A stretch of DNA of 64,000 nucleotides, from contig NC_087252.1 in the NCBI RefSeq assembly GCF_037042905.1, forward strand, positions 13,084,001 through 13,148,000. The letters run 5' to 3'. The notes below the pieces were generated by a model that ran no database searches, was not told where the DNA came from, and saw nothing but the letters and a program-made list of their open reading frames with translations. This DNA is from Lytechinus pictus (lineage: Eukaryota). Numbering within the stretch: the stretch's first letter is position 1; every line of letters begins with the position of its first letter. Positions 62,667 to 64,000 of this stretch are shown here, one piece after another. Position numbers and translations under genes: made by a program.

Positions 62667-62887
62667 CTAAAACAGGAGAAGGGAGAAATAAATAAACATA
62701 AATGAAAGAATGAGTGAAAAAAATTATAACAAAAACCATAATATTTTTTCCCCAGATAATTCTGATCATTTTAAATACACAAGTTATTCACTTATACCTT
62801 ATTCTTATCCAGATGATTCATCCAAAGTAGTACAATAACTCTTTAACAGGCATATTCGTGATACTGATGCAATATCAAACCTAAACC

Positions 62888-63097
62888 GGAGGTGTTTCAC
62901 AAAGATTTAAGTATGACTTACGGTCGCACTTAAATGCCAAAGAGTATATGATATGTAACACGCAATCTTATTGATCAATATGCAGAAGGGCGTGTCATCT
63001 TCATGATCTGACCAATGCGGTGATACCTATCATAAAGCACACAACTAGGCAACAAGTGTGACTCTAAGTCATACTTAAATCTTTGTGAAACACCTCC
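62888..63097. mobile_element. Harbinger-like palindromic MITE (same family as 41829..42040)
   Basis: GGAGGTGTTTCACAAAGATTTAAGTATGACTTA ... TAAGTCATACTTAAATCTTTGTGAAACACCTCC. Confidence 0.88.
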
Positions 63098-63419
63098 CTG
63101 GATGGGAATATTACAGCAGCATGAATAATTCATTTAATCAATTTAAAGCTATCTAATTCATTTTATCTATTCATTTATTCATTCATTTATTCATGTATCC
63201 TGTAATCATGTATTCATATATTCCATTTTTTTTCATTTATTCATTTGCAGAGCCATCAATCTTTAGAATAGCAAATTAATATGCATCTCCCAAATACTAT
63301 TTTTCAGTATAAAAGTTTAAAAGTTTTGAAGGTAGCTCCAAAAAAAAAATGTAATCCAGAAATAGGTTGTCATTGTGTAAAAAGAAGCTACTAATTCCTG
63401 TACAAACCTTTTTCTTTCC

Positions 63420-63606
63420 TGGTGGGTGTTTTATAAAGCTGCTCGTAAGTTAAGAGCGACTTTAAGAATGACCGGTGATCCTTTCTTGTGGTAAATGATA
63501 TTAACCATTACATGATACTTGGTGATTATTTATAGCGTAAGAAAGGATCATCAGTCTTTCTTAAAGTCGCTTTTAACTTTCGAACAGCTTTATGACATGG
63601 CCCCCA
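63420..63606. mobile_element. Harbinger-like palindromic MITE
   Basis: ataaagctg.tcg.aagttaa.agcgactttaagaa / ttcttaaagtcgct.ttaactt.cga.cagctttat arms. Confidence 0.8.
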
Positions 63607-63691
63607 GGCAAAAGAAGGTTGCTACTTATGTCCAAACTATAAAATCACGCTTTTACTGAACTTGCCTAAAAAAGTAATAAATTTTGAGATT

Positions 63692-64000
63692 GGGGCCCGT
63701 ATTCTGAAGTCAGGTCTAACTTAGACCATCAATAGTCTAACTCTGTGCTGAAATTATGGGAAGCCAAAAGTGTCAAAATTTTTATAAAGTTGTGTGTTTT
63801 TCATGTTAACTGTGCTCTTTTCTGATTCGATGGTGAAGACAATCATCTTTTTATACTTCCTAGACAATTATGAATGATTTGAGAGCCAAATGAGCTGAAA
63901 TAAGATATCTCTACTGTTAGTGATTTATGTAACGATTTGCTATCCATACTTAAACCACAACTTTAAACCTGAGTTTCAGTTAAACCCGACTTCAGAATAC
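63692..64000. mobile_element. Inverted copy of the MITE at 49901..50213, cut by the window end
   Basis: ggcccgtattctgaagtc ... gacttcagaatac. The interior is the reverse complement of 49901..50213. Confidence 0.85.

Noticed and set aside
62667..62769. N-terminus MIRIIWGKNIMVFV... of the 1950-aa ORF
   Set aside because: It is the intronic polypyrimidine tract upstream of the acceptor at 62668..62667.

Overview
AT-rich, intron-rich animal genomic DNA; the repeat content suggests a deuterostome, probably a sea urchin (inference). No bacterial features, CRISPR arrays, rRNA or intact tRNA genes were seen. Three genes are supported. (1) A complete + strand class II POU gene (Oct1/Oct2, POU2F-type), hand-assembled from 11 well-supported coding exons (12264..43431, about 757 aa) plus one candidate Q-rich alternative exon near 34.4-34.7 kb. 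It has a GC-AG intron inside the POU-specific domain, a decayed tandem copy of part of one exon, and an overlapping uORF with an octamer-like motif at the start codon. (2) The 5.75-kb terminal exon (- strand, 56917..62666) of an unidentified, probably disordered nuclear protein with 7 canonical AT-hooks, a PIP-box-like motif and GILK/RVSF PP1-docking-like motifs. (3) The probable 5' end of a divergent - strand gene at the left edge. The rest is dense with non-autonomous DNA transposons (TTAA-flanked Kolobok/T2-like and piggyBac-like, CWG-flanked Harbinger-like, CACT-ended, hAT-like), tRNA-derived SINEs and microsatellites. All splice sites and repeat boundaries were read by eye, and family assignments rest on termini and target-site duplications only.
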